A stretch of DNA of 64,000 nt. Source: Bacillota bacterium (GTDB lineage Bacteria > Bacillota_I > Bacilli_A > RFN20 > CAG-826). Positions within the stretch are counted from its first letter, which is position 1. Every line of letters starts with the position of its first letter. Made by a program: the position numbers and the translations under genes. The notes under the pieces were generated by a model. That model did not search any database. It was not told the origin of the DNA and worked only from the letters and a program-made list of their open reading frames with translations. The stretch covers positions 13,033 through 77,032 of the forward strand of contig JAEWMX010000007.1 of NCBI GenBank assembly GCA_023393065.1, given 5' to 3'. This document shows positions 48,594 through 60,759 of the stretch, in pieces.

Positions 48594-48678
48594 TGGTACG
48601 GTGAATGGGACTCGAACCCACAAGGTGTTAACCATTAGAACCTGAATCTAACGCGTCTACCATTTCCGCCATCACCGT
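48594..48678 (-). tRNA. tRNA-Leu(CAG)
   Basis: Reverse complement ACGGTGATGGCGGAAATGGTAGACGCGTTAGATTCAGGTTCTAATGGTTAACACCTTGTGGGTTCGAGTCCCATTCACCGTACCA. Long variable arm, anticodon loop TTCAGGT, A1-U72 pair. Confidence 0.85.
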
Positions 48679-48717
48679 GCATCAATTAGTATAAATGATA
48701 GACTTGAATGTGCAACT

Positions 48718-49719
48718 CTATTTCTTTAGAAACGCGACGATTTTTTTCATGACTTCTTCATCTTCTTCGGTGATGAGGGCATAGTCGATTTCATAATCGA
48801 GAACCGGCTTTTTGCGATCGTAGATGGCTTTATCTTTTTGCACTTGATAGAGATAGTCTTCCGCACGCTTAGTAAGATAGGGCAGATGGCCGCGGTCTTC
48901 GACATACATCAGTTCGATGTTGTCCTTCTTTTTGGCGATGATGGCTAAGCGGTCGATAGCGTCTTTAGGCTTTATGACGCGGTCTTCTTTGCCGTGGATG
49001 ACAAAAACGGGGACTCGAGCTTTTTTAAGAGCCTTTTTGCTATTATAAGTGGCATAGCGTCTGTAGCGCCAATAGCCGTGCATATAAATAAAGGGATAGA
49101 GAGGATAGAGAAAGGGACGGTTGGCGACCGTCACCAAAGTCGGAGAAAGAAATCCGGATAAAGCGACGACTTTATCGATGCGATGCTTTTTGAGTAGAAG
49201 GCTGCTCATCGCCACATAACCGCCCCAGGAGTGGCCGACGACATAGCGCTTCAAATCTTTGATGTCGCTTCGCGATTCGATGTAGCGAAGGGCGTAATCG
49301 AGATCGACGAGGGGCTGAATCAGGCTGATCATTGATGTCCCGGAGCTGAGGGCACAGCCGGTGTAGTCAAAGGCCAAGATGAGAAATCCTTCTTTGGCGA
49401 GACGGTTGATTTCGGTCGTATACGCCGTGTGCCCGGCTCCGATGCCATGAGCAAATATAATTAATTCTTTAAATGTTTTGTATTGTTGGTTTGAGTACAA
49501 ATAACCGCGCAATGTCTGCTTGTGATTGCCAAGGAATTTGATCGGTTCAGCCAACAACCCAGGGAAATCTTCGGCTTGAAAATAGCGAAAGGCCGGTGAA
49601 CCATCACCGCGATGATTGAGGGCGAGACGCATAAGGATTCCGACGATGATTGAAAGGATAATTATCAATAAGATAATCGCGATTCCGGCAATAATTAACC
49701 CGCGGTATAAATCCGGCAT
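48718..49719 (-). CDS. membrane-anchored alpha/beta hydrolase
   Basis: N-terminal TM helix; nucleophile elbow GHSWGG; IHGKEDRV and GH near the C-terminus. Confidence 0.7.
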   Translation of the reverse strand: MPDLYRGLIIAGIAIILLIIILSIIVGILMRLALNHRGDGSPAFRYFQAEDFPGLLAEPIKFLGNHKQTLRGYLYSNQQYKTFKELIIFAHGIGAGHTAYTTEINRLAKEGFLILAFDYTGCALSSGTSMISLIQPLVDLDYALRYIESRSDIKDLKRYVVGHSWGGYVAMSSLLLKKHRIDKVVALSGFLSPTLVTVANRPFLYPLYPFIYMHGYWRYRRYATYNSKKALKKARVPVFVIHGKEDRVIKPKDAIDRLAIIAKKKDNIELMYVEDRGHLPYLTKRAEDYLYQVQKDKAIYDRKKPVLDYEIDYALITEEDEEVMKKIVAFLKK

Positions 49720-49759
49720 ATTTTCTCCTAATGATTATCATACACCATCGTATAATTAC

Positions 49760-50305
49760 TTAACTACTTGAACACGCCTCTTTGAGCAGCTCATAAATAG
49801 ATTTGCGAACTTCTTCATCGGGTAACACGACATTCATTTCCGAAATGTATTTTCGAAGATTTGCTAAATATACCACGTTCTCAGCATTATTTATTCGCAA
49901 TTCTGCCCTAGGAGTGAAAACGACGATTGAATGAACAGCGCTTGCATAATCCGTCAATAAACAGCGGACCATTTTTACATGAACAGCGTTTTGCCGAATC
50001 GGATTGTAAAAGTTGTGCTTGTGGTGATTAATATACTGTGTCCAGACATCACTAAAGTGATCGCCGACAATCACGCCACCATAGTTTTTCGTCTCGATGA
50101 CAATGATGCCGCGATCCGAGACGAGAAGATGATCGATTTGAGCGTCGCTTTCGGACTTAAATTTCAAATTATAAAGAAGGAAAGGCTCATTCTTCAATTC
50201 GTTGGCGACATAGCGCTCGCCGATAAAACCTTTGACGCGAGGTTCATTAAAATAATCGCGCCTCGCCTTTCGAACTGCCATACGAGCATAACGGAGAAAA
50301 GACAT
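49760..50305 (-). CDS. NERD (nuclease-related domain) protein
   Basis: GFIGERYVANEL..., QIDHLLVSDRGIIVIETKNYGGVIVG, W...NPIRQN: a canonical NERD pattern with D/ExK intact. Confidence 0.75.
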   Translation of the reverse strand: MSFLRYARMAVRKARRDYFNEPRVKGFIGERYVANELKNEPFLLYNLKFKSESDAQIDHLLVSDRGIIVIETKNYGGVIVGDHFSDVWTQYINHHKHNFYNPIRQNAVHVKMVRCLLTDYASAVHSIVVFTPRAELRINNAENVVYLANLRKYISEMNVVLPDEEVRKSIYELLKEACSSS

Positions 50306-50306
50306 G

Positions 50307-52709
50307 TCATCGACCTTTGAAAACGAGATAGTACAGGCCGCGAATGAGATGGCGATTGGCGAGGTGGACGATTCCCTCGATGGTGTTATTGCCCAACATG
50401 CCAGACATCGTGTAACCGCGTAGCGGCATCGTCAAGGCGCTTTCGATGAACATCTTGCGCGTCGCCTCGACATCATCACCTTTCATCTTGTTCGCCATAT
50501 TATAAAGCGTTTTAGTGATGAATTTGCCGACGAAAGTATGCTCGATATCTTCTAAGGTGGAATTCTTAGTATATGGCCTCTGTTTACGATTTCGGCTTTC
50601 GGGAATCTTATCTTGCAAGATCTTTTCGAATTGCTCATCGCTGGCAATAAAAGGATGGCTCGGACGATAATAATCCGCCAAATCACTATCGATCAAATAG
50701 CTAGCGTCCTCACCCTCGACCATCACTTCTTTGCGCAAGCGAATATCTCGTGAAGAAGCACCGATTTCAAAGATGTACTGACCTTTTTCAAGCAGCGTTT
50801 CGTGAGTTGAAATATCATAGACTTTCAAGTCGTTTTGCCTAAGCCTGATAGTCGCCCTTTTTGTTTCATGAGGTTCTAATTTTACTTTAGTAAATCCGCG
50901 GAGTTCGCGGGTTGGTTTATAAACGCCTGGGGCTTTGCTTGCGATGTATAATTGGGCGATTTCGGCGCCCGCAACTTCTCCGGTATTGGTCACATCAAAA
51001 GAGATGTCGTAAATGATTTGACCATCGACGAATTCATATTTTAAATCGAGATTATCGTAGGTATACGCCGTATAGGAAAGGCCAAAGCCAAACGGATATC
51101 GAACTTTCAAATTCAAACTATCGAAATATCGATATCCGACATAGATGCTCTCTTTATATAAAACGTTCGTGCCGTCACCCGGAAAATTAGATTGCGAGGG
51201 CGTGTCTTGATAGTTAAGGGGCCATGTCTCAGGAAGCTTACCTGAGGGATTGACGCGACCGAGCAAGACATCGAGGACAGCCGGTCCGCTCGCTTCGCCG
51301 GCTAGATATGTAAGCAAAATGCCGTCGACTTCATCCGCAAACGGAAGTTCCATAACTGATCCACCCGATAAAACAACAACGACTTTTTTGTTTAATTCTA
51401 GAACTTTTTTAATCAGCGATAAATGTGAAGCCGGCAAGCTCATTTTCGAGCGATCAAATCCTTCGCTCTCATAAGCATCTGGAAGCCCAGCAAAGATGAT
51501 AACCAAATCTTTCTGCTTGGCTAAAGTCAAAGCCTCTTGCTCGAGCTTTTCATCGCGTTCATCATCGTTTGCTTTAAATCCTAAAGCATAATCAGCTTTG
51601 ATGCCTTCTTCTTCAAGAGCTTGGATAAATGAGACTAGTTTATGTGGATTAACTTTTGAACTCCCTGTTCCCTGATAGCGGGGAAATGAGGCAAAAGCCC
51701 CCAGAACTGCTACATTTTCAAAGCTTTTTAATGGCAAAACTCCTTTATTTTTGAGTAGAACACTACTTTCTGCGGCGATTAGGCGCGCTAAATCGAAATG
51801 TTTATCGTAATCGCAATCTTGTAGATAATTGAGATTCTCAACCTTTTTATGCAAATTATAAACATTGTTGACACAGACGTTGACATCGTCTTCGTTTAGC
51901 AATCCTTTTTTGATTCCGCGCATTAAGTTCTTGTCGCGCCGGCCGATGCCTGGCATCTCGAGGTCAGTGCCGCTTTTGCGGGCGAGAAAATCGTCATTAA
52001 TCGCTCCCCAGTCAGTGACGACCAAACCATCGTAGCCCCACTGCCTTCTCAAGATATTGTTAAGGAGCCAGCTATTATCGCTGGAATAGATGCCATTGAT
52101 CCGGTTATAGGAACACATAATCGTATACGGTTTGGCTTCCTTCACCGCTATTTCAAAAGGTTTGAGGTAAATCTCATGGAGGGCGCGGGCATCGATGACG
52201 GCATTAATCGTCAGGCGATTAGTCTCCTGATTATTCGCGGCATAGTGCTTTAACGAGGTGCCGACGCCGAGGCTTTGCACACCGTTAATAAAAGCTGCCC
52301 CTATCTTTCCGGAAAGGAGTGGATCTTCTGAATAGTATTCAAAATTACGGCCACATAGAGGATTGCGCTTGATATTGACACCAGGTCCTAAAACGACGGC
52401 GACATGCTGATTCAACGCTTCCTTAGCGATGGCTTGACCCATCTTGTATACTAATTCCTCATCAAAAGAGCAGGCGACGAGGGAAGCGGTCGGAAAACAG
52501 GTGGCGGGAATGGCGTTCATGATACCAAGTTGATCACCTTTTTCGACTTGCTTGCGAAGGCCGTGGGGTCCGTCGGCGACCAAGAATGGCTTTAGTCCCA
52601 ACTCTTCGATGCCGCGCACTTTCCAAAAGCCATCGCCATAGAGGAGTTTTAACTTTGTGCTCAAGGCTAAATTTTTTATTTCATCAGGAATTATTTCTTT
52701 CTTGTTCAT
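50307..52709 (-). CDS. glycoside hydrolase family 3 beta-glucosidase
   Basis: GPHGLR, KHYAANNQE, GLVVTDWGA (nucleophile Asp), C-terminal Fn3-like domain; 800 aa. Confidence 0.85.
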   Translation of the reverse strand: MNKKEIIPDEIKNLALSTKLKLLYGDGFWKVRGIEELGLKPFLVADGPHGLRKQVEKGDQLGIMNAIPATCFPTASLVACSFDEELVYKMGQAIAKEALNQHVAVVLGPGVNIKRNPLCGRNFEYYSEDPLLSGKIGAAFINGVQSLGVGTSLKHYAANNQETNRLTINAVIDARALHEIYLKPFEIAVKEAKPYTIMCSYNRINGIYSSDNSWLLNNILRRQWGYDGLVVTDWGAINDDFLARKSGTDLEMPGIGRRDKNLMRGIKKGLLNEDDVNVCVNNVYNLHKKVENLNYLQDCDYDKHFDLARLIAAESSVLLKNKGVLPLKSFENVAVLGAFASFPRYQGTGSSKVNPHKLVSFIQALEEEGIKADYALGFKANDDERDEKLEQEALTLAKQKDLVIIFAGLPDAYESEGFDRSKMSLPASHLSLIKKVLELNKKVVVVLSGGSVMELPFADEVDGILLTYLAGEASGPAVLDVLLGRVNPSGKLPETWPLNYQDTPSQSNFPGDGTNVLYKESIYVGYRYFDSLNLKVRYPFGFGLSYTAYTYDNLDLKYEFVDGQIIYDISFDVTNTGEVAGAEIAQLYIASKAPGVYKPTRELRGFTKVKLEPHETKRATIRLRQNDLKVYDISTHETLLEKGQYIFEIGASSRDIRLRKEVMVEGEDASYLIDSDLADYYRPSHPFIASDEQFEKILQDKIPESRNRKQRPYTKNSTLEDIEHTFVGKFITKTLYNMANKMKGDDVEATRKMFIESALTMPLRGYTMSGMLGNNTIEGIVHLANRHLIRGLYYLVFKGR

Positions 52710-52771
52710 AATCTAAGTATAACGAAAAAATCACTCCGAAGAGTGATAATTTTTACAAAAAATCTTTGTTC

Positions 52772-53569
52772 TCAGCCGATTAAGACGCTGAGCATCAGCA
52801 TGACGACAAAGCCGACCATGAAACCGACTGTCGCAAGATTCGAGTGGTCGCCTTCTTGTGCCTGAGGAATTAATTCCTCGATGACGACATACACCATCGC
52901 CCCGGCAGCAAAAGCTAGTAGATAAGGAAGGATCGGTACCATCAACTCCGTCAGCAAAATCGTCAATATTGCCGCGACCGGTTCGATAATTCCGGTAAAA
53001 CCTCCTATTAAGAAAGACTTAGTCCGTGAATGGCCTTCCAGCCTGAGCGGCAAAGAGACGATCGCTCCTTCCGGAAAATTCTGAATAGCGATACCAATCG
53101 CCAGCGCTAAAGCTCCCATAAAGGTAATGCCGGCATTACCAGTTAAGGCTCCAGCAAAAGTTACGCCGACGGCAATTCCTTCGGGGACATTGTGGAGGGC
53201 GACGGCAAATACCATCATCGAGGTGCGGCTGATTTTTGCTTTGACGCCCTCTGGCTTTTTGCTGTTGATATGGAGATGGGGGGTAATCGTATCGAGCAAG
53301 AGGAGAAAGCCCATGCCGGCGACAAAGCCGATGACAGCGGGGAGAATTCCACCGTTGACCTCGGCTTCAAGGGCCGGAATAATAAGTGACCAAATCGAGG
53401 CGGCAATCATGACTCCAGAGGCAAAACCAAGCAAGACTTTTTGAAGCCAAGGCTTGATGCCGTTTTTGGCGAAAATGACCATCGAGGCACCGAGGGTGGT
53501 GCCGACGAAAGGCATAGATAAACCAATGATGAGGATTATCCAATCCGCTTGGGTCAAGGGTAGGAACAT
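52772..53569 (-). CDS. ZIP family metal transporter
   Basis: HNVPEGIAVG and QNFPEGAIVS motifs; eight hydrophobic segments. Confidence 0.8.
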   Translation of the reverse strand: MFLPLTQADWIILIIGLSMPFVGTTLGASMVIFAKNGIKPWLQKVLLGFASGVMIAASIWSLIIPALEAEVNGGILPAVIGFVAGMGFLLLLDTITPHLHINSKKPEGVKAKISRTSMMVFAVALHNVPEGIAVGVTFAGALTGNAGITFMGALALAIGIAIQNFPEGAIVSLPLRLEGHSRTKSFLIGGFTGIIEPVAAILTILLTELMVPILPYLLAFAAGAMVYVVIEELIPQAQEGDHSNLATVGFMVGFVVMLMLSVLIG

Positions 53570-53576
53570 AATTTAG

Positions 53577-54902
<1,326 letters not shown>

Positions 54903-54984
54903 TTATCCTTATCTATTCTAACTGAATGGCTGCTTTTTTTCTATTATTTTCACACGCGCACGAAATGTAAGCGCATCACACCAT

Positions 54985-56187
54985 TCATTCGCGATGCAGT
55001 GGCATGCTCATGCAGTGTGGACCACCTCTTCCGCGTGCGAGTTCGCTGCTGCGAATGGATATGACCTCAATGCCGTGTGACTTCAATAAATCATTGGTAA
55101 TAGTGTTGCGAGCATAGACGATAACCTTGCCGGGTTTTAAGGCTAAAGTATTGGCGCCGTCATTCCATTGTTCGCGGTCGCTGGCCACTGAGTCGTTTCC
55201 CCCGCAAGGAATGAATAAAATAGGTTGATTTAACAACTTCGAGAAAGTTTTCGATAATTTCTCTTTATAAGGAATGATGCGGAGAGCATTTGGTTTGAGG
55301 CCTGGTCTTATGACAAAGTGGTCGACATTATCGATAAATTCGTGATGGACGACAAATTTGTCGATATCAACTTGCGTCAGCACGGTATCAAGATGCATGA
55401 ACGTCCTTTGCTTTGGAAGATTTACGGCGATGATATTTTGCCATTCTCCTTCACGAAACAAACGTTTTGCGAGAACCTCGATGGCGTCCGGCTCGGTTCT
55501 CTCACTGACACCGATGGCAATCGTGTGCGCGTCGAGGACCATAATATCGCCACCTTCAAGCGAGGATGTTTCTTCACGCTTATAATAGTGCTTCGCCGTC
55601 TGATAATCAGGGTGATAAGAAAAGATGAAATCGATATATATCGCTTCGCGACGACGCACTTCGTTATTCATGCGGTTAATTGAAACACCATCACCGATAA
55701 TACAGGCACAATCGCGGGTGAAATATAAATTTGGCATCGGATCGGTGACGAACGGATAGTCTTCGATATAGGAGCGAAGCGATTCTTTTTTATATCCCGG
55801 GAGTTGCGATTTGCGAATGCCGGCCATCGTCACTTTGATTAATTCTTTGGCCTCCATCGTCGATAGATAATTGCGAATCTTGTGTATGGTCGCGGGATTA
55901 TTTACATAAGCTTCTTTAATGAATTGTTCAATAAACAACTTTCGAATTTTCTGGCTCGTAATCGCTTCCGAGACCAAGTCGACTAGATACACGACTTGCA
56001 CACCATGATCGCGAAGCGTGGACACAAAAGAATCGTGTTCTTTTTGAGCTTCTAATAGCCAAGGAATGTCATCAAATAATTGATCTTGCAAATACTTCGG
56101 CGTCAAATTGGATAATTCCTGCCCTGGACGATGGACGAGAACCATCTTTAAAGGGGTAACTTCTGATCTAATTCTTAATTTTTCCAT
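54985..56187 (-). CDS. arcA: arginine deiminase
   Basis: 400 aa. FTRD, MHLDT, and C-terminal [12 protein letters not shown] with the catalytic Cys. Confidence 0.88.
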   Translation of the reverse strand: MEKLRIRSEVTPLKMVLVHRPGQELSNLTPKYLQDQLFDDIPWLLEAQKEHDSFVSTLRDHGVQVVYLVDLVSEAITSQKIRKLFIEQFIKEAYVNNPATIHKIRNYLSTMEAKELIKVTMAGIRKSQLPGYKKESLRSYIEDYPFVTDPMPNLYFTRDCACIIGDGVSINRMNNEVRRREAIYIDFIFSYHPDYQTAKHYYKREETSSLEGGDIMVLDAHTIAIGVSERTEPDAIEVLAKRLFREGEWQNIIAVNLPKQRTFMHLDTVLTQVDIDKFVVHHEFIDNVDHFVIRPGLKPNALRIIPYKEKLSKTFSKLLNQPILFIPCGGNDSVASDREQWNDGANTLALKPGKVIVYARNTITNDLLKSHGIEVISIRSSELARGRGGPHCMSMPLHRE

Positions 56188-56249
56188 TAGTATTATTTTA
56201 TCATCTTTTTGCCCGTATAGCCAAAAAACGGCTGGATAAAAGACAATTT

Positions 56250-56558
56250 TTACTTTGTAAAGGCACGATAGATATTTAAATCGACATGATAATTATCAAC
56301 GACGATACCTTCGCTTTCAAGCAGCCTTCTTTGCTCCTCGGGGCCGTCAAAACCAAAATTCAGGGCCAATCCGCCCTTAGAGTTAACGACGCGGTGACAC
56401 GGAATGACAATCATCATCGGATTATGGTGGAGGGCATTGCCCACCGCGCGTACGGCTTTGGGCTTTCCAATCATGGTGGCGATGTCTTGATAGGTCGCGA
56501 CCATGCCAAAAGGTATTTTTTTCGTCGCTTCATAAACCATGAATTCGAATTCTGTCAT
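56250..56558 (-). CDS. ogt: methylated-DNA--protein-cysteine methyltransferase (stand-alone C-terminal domain)
   Basis: IPCHRVV active site and YQDIA...G.PKAVRAVG helix-turn-helix region; 102 aa. Confidence 0.8.
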   Translation of the reverse strand: MTEFEFMVYEATKKIPFGMVATYQDIATMIGKPKAVRAVGNALHHNPMMIVIPCHRVVNSKGGLALNFGFDGPEEQRRLLESEGIVVDNYHVDLNIYRAFTK

Positions 56559-56694
56559 AAATATCTATTTTTCATCAAGACACAGCGAATCGTTTTTAGC
56601 GTGCATTCTCATTATGATTTTGCACGTTTGCACCCTAAAAAGCTATCTATAGCCAAACCTCCTTGTAAGGAGGCTGCCTCCCACTTATCGAGGA

Positions 56695-57855
56695 TTATGC
56701 ATCATTTGCTTTTCCGCTGGTAAAATGATGAATTTCGCGAAGGACCCATTTTTTGGGATGAATGATATCCTTAATTCTGCGCAGATTGGCAAACAATAAT
56801 AAGTCGGTGTATGGAATGATGCACAAAAACATCGTGACGATTAGAGATCCGAGGACAAAGCATATCGTGAGGAAAGCCACGAAAGCGCCATAGGCCGAAT
56901 CGTTAATATCTCCACGAGTGATATAGGTCGCGAATAATCTGACGATATAAACGTGGACTAAGTAATACGGGCCGGAATAACTACCTAGATTTGATATATG
57001 GTCAAAAAAGCGATATTTCTCAAGGAGTTTAAAAACATATAAATAGGAGACCACACCGCACAAAGAGCAGACGGCGTGACCGATTATCTCCCAAAAATCG
57101 CCGCGCAAGCCGGGTAGCCAATCGGCATATCTGAGCAATAAGGTGATATAGGCGCTCAAAAAGCCCAAGAAGAGCAAGAAAGCATATATTTTGATGTGGC
57201 GAAGTTTGGCAAAATAGCTTTTGAATATCGTGAATAAAAAGGCCAATAAAGCAATCGGCATATAATATAAAACCATGTTCGCCGATAAGGAGCCCGGTCC
57301 TAGATCTGGCTGATTATAAATGAATAAAAATACCATTAGGTATCCGATGGAGGCGCCAATCATAAATACGGCTTTGAGGATATCCATCCACAATGTCTTG
57401 ATTTTTACTAAAGTCGTCACGTAATAGATGATGGCGATGAAGATGTTGATAAAGGCCGCCACAAGGAAAAACCAATAGAAGGTATCGGTGCGTAGATAAA
57501 GTTCGTTCATCCAATAATCAAACGGTTTTTCCGACAGTGTGAATCTCGGCAGCGTCCAGATCGACAAACAAGTGAAGAGGTAAGCTGGGACCAAATAGGT
57601 AATCAGCGTTTTTACTACGTAAGTACCAAGGTCTTTTACATTGCTGCATTTTTTAATCAGCATCCCTCCGGCAAAAAAGAACATGGCTAGTGACACCGAG
57701 TAAAAAATAGAGAAACCCAAGCCATTTACATAAGTCGCCGAGCCCCACCGCTGCAGACAATGCGAGATGGCGATAAAAAGCATCGAAACAAGCTTGAGCA
57801 TGTCAAGGGCAACGTCTCGTTTTTTTACATATCGATAAGGACGAACAAGACTCAT
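56695..57855 (-). CDS. acyltransferase family 3 membrane protein
   Basis: About 10 TM helices. N-terminal LDMLKLVSMLFIAISH is typical of acyltransferase_3. Confidence 0.55.
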   Translation of the reverse strand: MSLVRPYRYVKKRDVALDMLKLVSMLFIAISHCLQRWGSATYVNGLGFSIFYSVSLAMFFFAGGMLIKKCSNVKDLGTYVVKTLITYLVPAYLFTCLSIWTLPRFTLSEKPFDYWMNELYLRTDTFYWFFLVAAFINIFIAIIYYVTTLVKIKTLWMDILKAVFMIGASIGYLMVFLFIYNQPDLGPGSLSANMVLYYMPIALLAFLFTIFKSYFAKLRHIKIYAFLLFLGFLSAYITLLLRYADWLPGLRGDFWEIIGHAVCSLCGVVSYLYVFKLLEKYRFFDHISNLGSYSGPYYLVHVYIVRLFATYITRGDINDSAYGAFVAFLTICFVLGSLIVTMFLCIIPYTDLLLFANLRRIKDIIHPKKWVLREIHHFTSGKANDA

Positions 57856-57944
57856 AGGATAATGATAACAAAGCTCAGGGCTAAAGAAAAATCCCTTTTG
57901 TCAAACCGAATTCGGCCTGACAAACAGGGGTAATTTCATGCGAT

Positions 57945-58020
57945 TGGTGGAGCTGACGAGGATCGAACTCGCTACCTCCTCCATGCCATGGAGGCGCTCT
58001 CCCAGATGAGCTACAGCCCC
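57945..58020 (-). tRNA. tRNA-Ala(GGC)
   Basis: Reverse complement GGGGCTGTAGCTCATCTGGGAGAGCGCCTCCATGGCATGGAGGAGGTAGCGAGTTCGATCCTCGTCAGCTCCACCA. G3:U70 identity pair present, anticodon loop ATGGCAT. Confidence 0.9.
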
Positions 58021-58121
58021 GAAGGGTCTAAACAACTTCAATATATTATCTTGTTTATTAGTGTATTTCAATACTAATGAAAACAAAGTTGCGAATGCTA
58101 TTTAGACCTTATACTCTAGAT

Positions 58122-60617
58122 TTAACGGATGTAAGTTCCCAAGTCGGCGACTTTGCCCGGGGCCGGTGTGAGGCTCGTGCTTAAGACGTAGACGCGGACG
58201 TTGCCTTTACCCGACATCGAGACGGATAAACTGCCGTTTGAGACAGTCTTAGTATCGCCGGTGACGGCATCGACATATGTGCCGTTAGGAATGCTATTAA
58301 AGGTCGCACCTCCCGAGACGGCTACGAGAGCAAAGCTATCGGTCGTGCTATCGGTAAAGCGGCGCTTATAAGCCATTCCACCGCTGATATTATCCGTGGA
58401 ATATTGGCCTTTTTGCAAAGCCGGGACAGCATGGCGAATAAGGTTTAGAGAACGGATATGTTTGGCTAATGGGTGATTGAGGGTGGTAGCTACAGCGCCA
58501 CTAGCGTTTGCGTATTTGCCAAAATCAGTAGCCGTTACGCTCCCAGAAATGTGATCGCCAAAGTAGGCTCTCCCGGTTTGGCTTAATGGCCGATTCGGGC
58601 CAACATCGATAACTGCTCCTTTTTGAAATTCGATTTCGCTTCCGTAATAAATAGCGGGAATGCCGCGAAAAGTGAACATCAAAGCTAGATTTTCGGCCCA
58701 GACGTCTTGAGGTTGGTTGAATCTTTCTTTTTCTGGGGCGCCATCAGGGGCGTAATCGTGGGAATCGACATAGGTGACATTCCATGTCGCATCAGCGTAG
58801 ACATGATCATTATACTTGGCGATATTAAAGGCATCCCAGGCATTTTTAAAGTTCCAATGCATCGGAAAATCAATGACATTGAGGTCGCTCTTCTTGCTGT
58901 AATCGACGGCGCGGTAACTATTGCCGTTTAGGTAGTGGTTATTGCTGGTCGGCTGATCCCAAGTCGAGAGATTATCATACCAGTTGGCTTCCGCGGATGC
59001 GGCTCTTTGCTCCATCGTCGCCCACGGATAATCTTTTTGCTCTTTCCATGTGTAGAAAGGCGCGGAATCGGCAGCTTGGCCGTGATTCCACACTTCTCTA
59101 ACCCGCGTGCAAACTTCGGCAAACATAAAGAAGTTGTCGCCGCCGCGAGCTTGAAAAGAAGGATTGAAAACTTTATCGAAGACGAGGCGCGAGATGTGCT
59201 TGGCGGTATCGATGCGAAAACCGTCGACACCCATATCGATGTAGCGATTATAGGCATCGACTAAGTAATTGGTGACATAGGGATTTTCGGTGTTCAAGTC
59301 GACACAGTCGCCGGCGATCTGTCCGGTCTGTTCGATATATTGTTCATAGCCCATGCTCTTCTCATGGTGATAGATGTGGCGAAAGTCGTTCATATCTTCC
59401 TTCATCGCGTTGATTCGCGAATCGTATTGACGCCCGCCGCTTAGCGATTGGTAATCATCGGGTAGAAGGTTATATGGGTCGGTCATCACGAGATTATTAA
59501 CAGTATCGGGCTTGGTGTAATCCTTTTTAAAGAGGGGAAAGAGATTTTCTTCTCCGAAATTTCCCGTGTGATTAAAGACAACATCTTGAATAATCTTCAT
59601 GCCTTTAGCGTGAGCGGCATTAATTAGATCTTGATAGGTCGCACCCGGGACTTCAAGGCGCGGATCGACTTGCGACATATCGATAGCGTGATAGCCGTGA
59701 TAGTCATATCCGGAGGCGTTTTCGACAACCGGCGTTATCCAAATCGCCGAGAAACCTAGAGCTTTAATATAATCGAGCTTTTCGATCAAACCTTTGAAAT
59801 CACCGCGCCAGGCCGGATCGCTGGCGGGGTTTTGCGCTTGGCCATCATCCCAGCAATGAACATTGTTTGCTGGATCGCCGTCATAGAAGCGGGTCGTCAT
59901 CACGAAGTAGATCGTCTCTTCGCGAAAGTCGTTTCCGGGACTCGCCCCTTCTTTGGGGCGAAAATCGGTTAAGAGCCCATCTTTTAGATACCATTCACCA
60001 TTCGTGAAAGCATATTCGGCGGTCTCCACACCATTAATAGTAAATTTGGCTTTGATGCTATTTACTTTGTTGAAATTATAGCGATACCAACCATTTGTTT
60101 CGGAAAGCATATTGATCGGCGAGTTGGTGACAACGCCGGTCGGCTCGCTTCCGTAATAGCGTATCTTAGGAACTGAACCATTGGTTTTAACGTGAATGTT
60201 GATGAGACCGGTGTTTTCAAATTCTGGCTCTTCGATCGTATCGGGATCTTGGCTGTACCACTTGCCCCCGGTTCCCTTGCCTTCAAACCACCACTCGCCG
60301 GTCGCTCGTTGCATATCGCCGGTCTGCGGGCTGCCGTTATTGTTAAAAATCAGCTTAATGGAAGTGAGTCCGGCAAAGCTCTTGGTATGCCAATCGCTTT
60401 CGGCATCTTTGACTAATTTCTCACCGGGCCATGTCGTGCTGGTCACGGTGTTAGGCACCGCATCCCAATAGTGAATGTAAGGATTCGCGTAATCGCCGCG
60501 GTAGTGAACGATGATGCCGGTGCTGAGAGCGGTTGCTTGGGAATCGCCGCTTTCTATCGGCGATATCACTCCGAAAACGGTTGTCAGAATTACGGCAATT
60601 TGCGAGATAATTTTCAT
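58122..60617 (-). CDS. secreted GH13 alpha-amylase with two N-terminal starch-binding (CBM25/26-like) modules
   Basis: Signal peptide. Repeated IHYW...WPGEKL / YYG...NGW modules. GH13 regions VVFNHTG, GFRIDTAKH, YVDSHD. Confidence 0.85.
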   Translation of the reverse strand: MKIISQIAVILTTVFGVISPIESGDSQATALSTGIIVHYRGDYANPYIHYWDAVPNTVTSTTWPGEKLVKDAESDWHTKSFAGLTSIKLIFNNNGSPQTGDMQRATGEWWFEGKGTGGKWYSQDPDTIEEPEFENTGLINIHVKTNGSVPKIRYYGSEPTGVVTNSPINMLSETNGWYRYNFNKVNSIKAKFTINGVETAEYAFTNGEWYLKDGLLTDFRPKEGASPGNDFREETIYFVMTTRFYDGDPANNVHCWDDGQAQNPASDPAWRGDFKGLIEKLDYIKALGFSAIWITPVVENASGYDYHGYHAIDMSQVDPRLEVPGATYQDLINAAHAKGMKIIQDVVFNHTGNFGEENLFPLFKKDYTKPDTVNNLVMTDPYNLLPDDYQSLSGGRQYDSRINAMKEDMNDFRHIYHHEKSMGYEQYIEQTGQIAGDCVDLNTENPYVTNYLVDAYNRYIDMGVDGFRIDTAKHISRLVFDKVFNPSFQARGGDNFFMFAEVCTRVREVWNHGQAADSAPFYTWKEQKDYPWATMEQRAASAEANWYDNLSTWDQPTSNNHYLNGNSYRAVDYSKKSDLNVIDFPMHWNFKNAWDAFNIAKYNDHVYADATWNVTYVDSHDYAPDGAPEKERFNQPQDVWAENLALMFTFRGIPAIYYGSEIEFQKGAVIDVGPNRPLSQTGRAYFGDHISGSVTATDFGKYANASGAVATTLNHPLAKHIRSLNLIRHAVPALQKGQYSTDNISGGMAYKRRFTDSTTDSFALVAVSGGATFNSIPNGTYVDAVTGDTKTVSNGSLSVSMSGKGNVRVYVLSTSLTPAPGKVADLGTYIR

Positions 60618-60759
60618 AGTGCGATTCCTAATAAAAAGATATAGGTCTCATTATACAAGAAAATTCATAAATTAAATAATTATTTAAGACACATGACAAA
60701 AAACTTATTTGTGATTATGCGTTTACTTGTTATAATTTTAAGCATAACGGTATCAAAAA

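Noticed and set aside
57901-58086. Track ORF of 61 aa on the minus strand.
   Set aside because: It is entirely explained by the tRNA-Ala(GGC) gene it overlaps.
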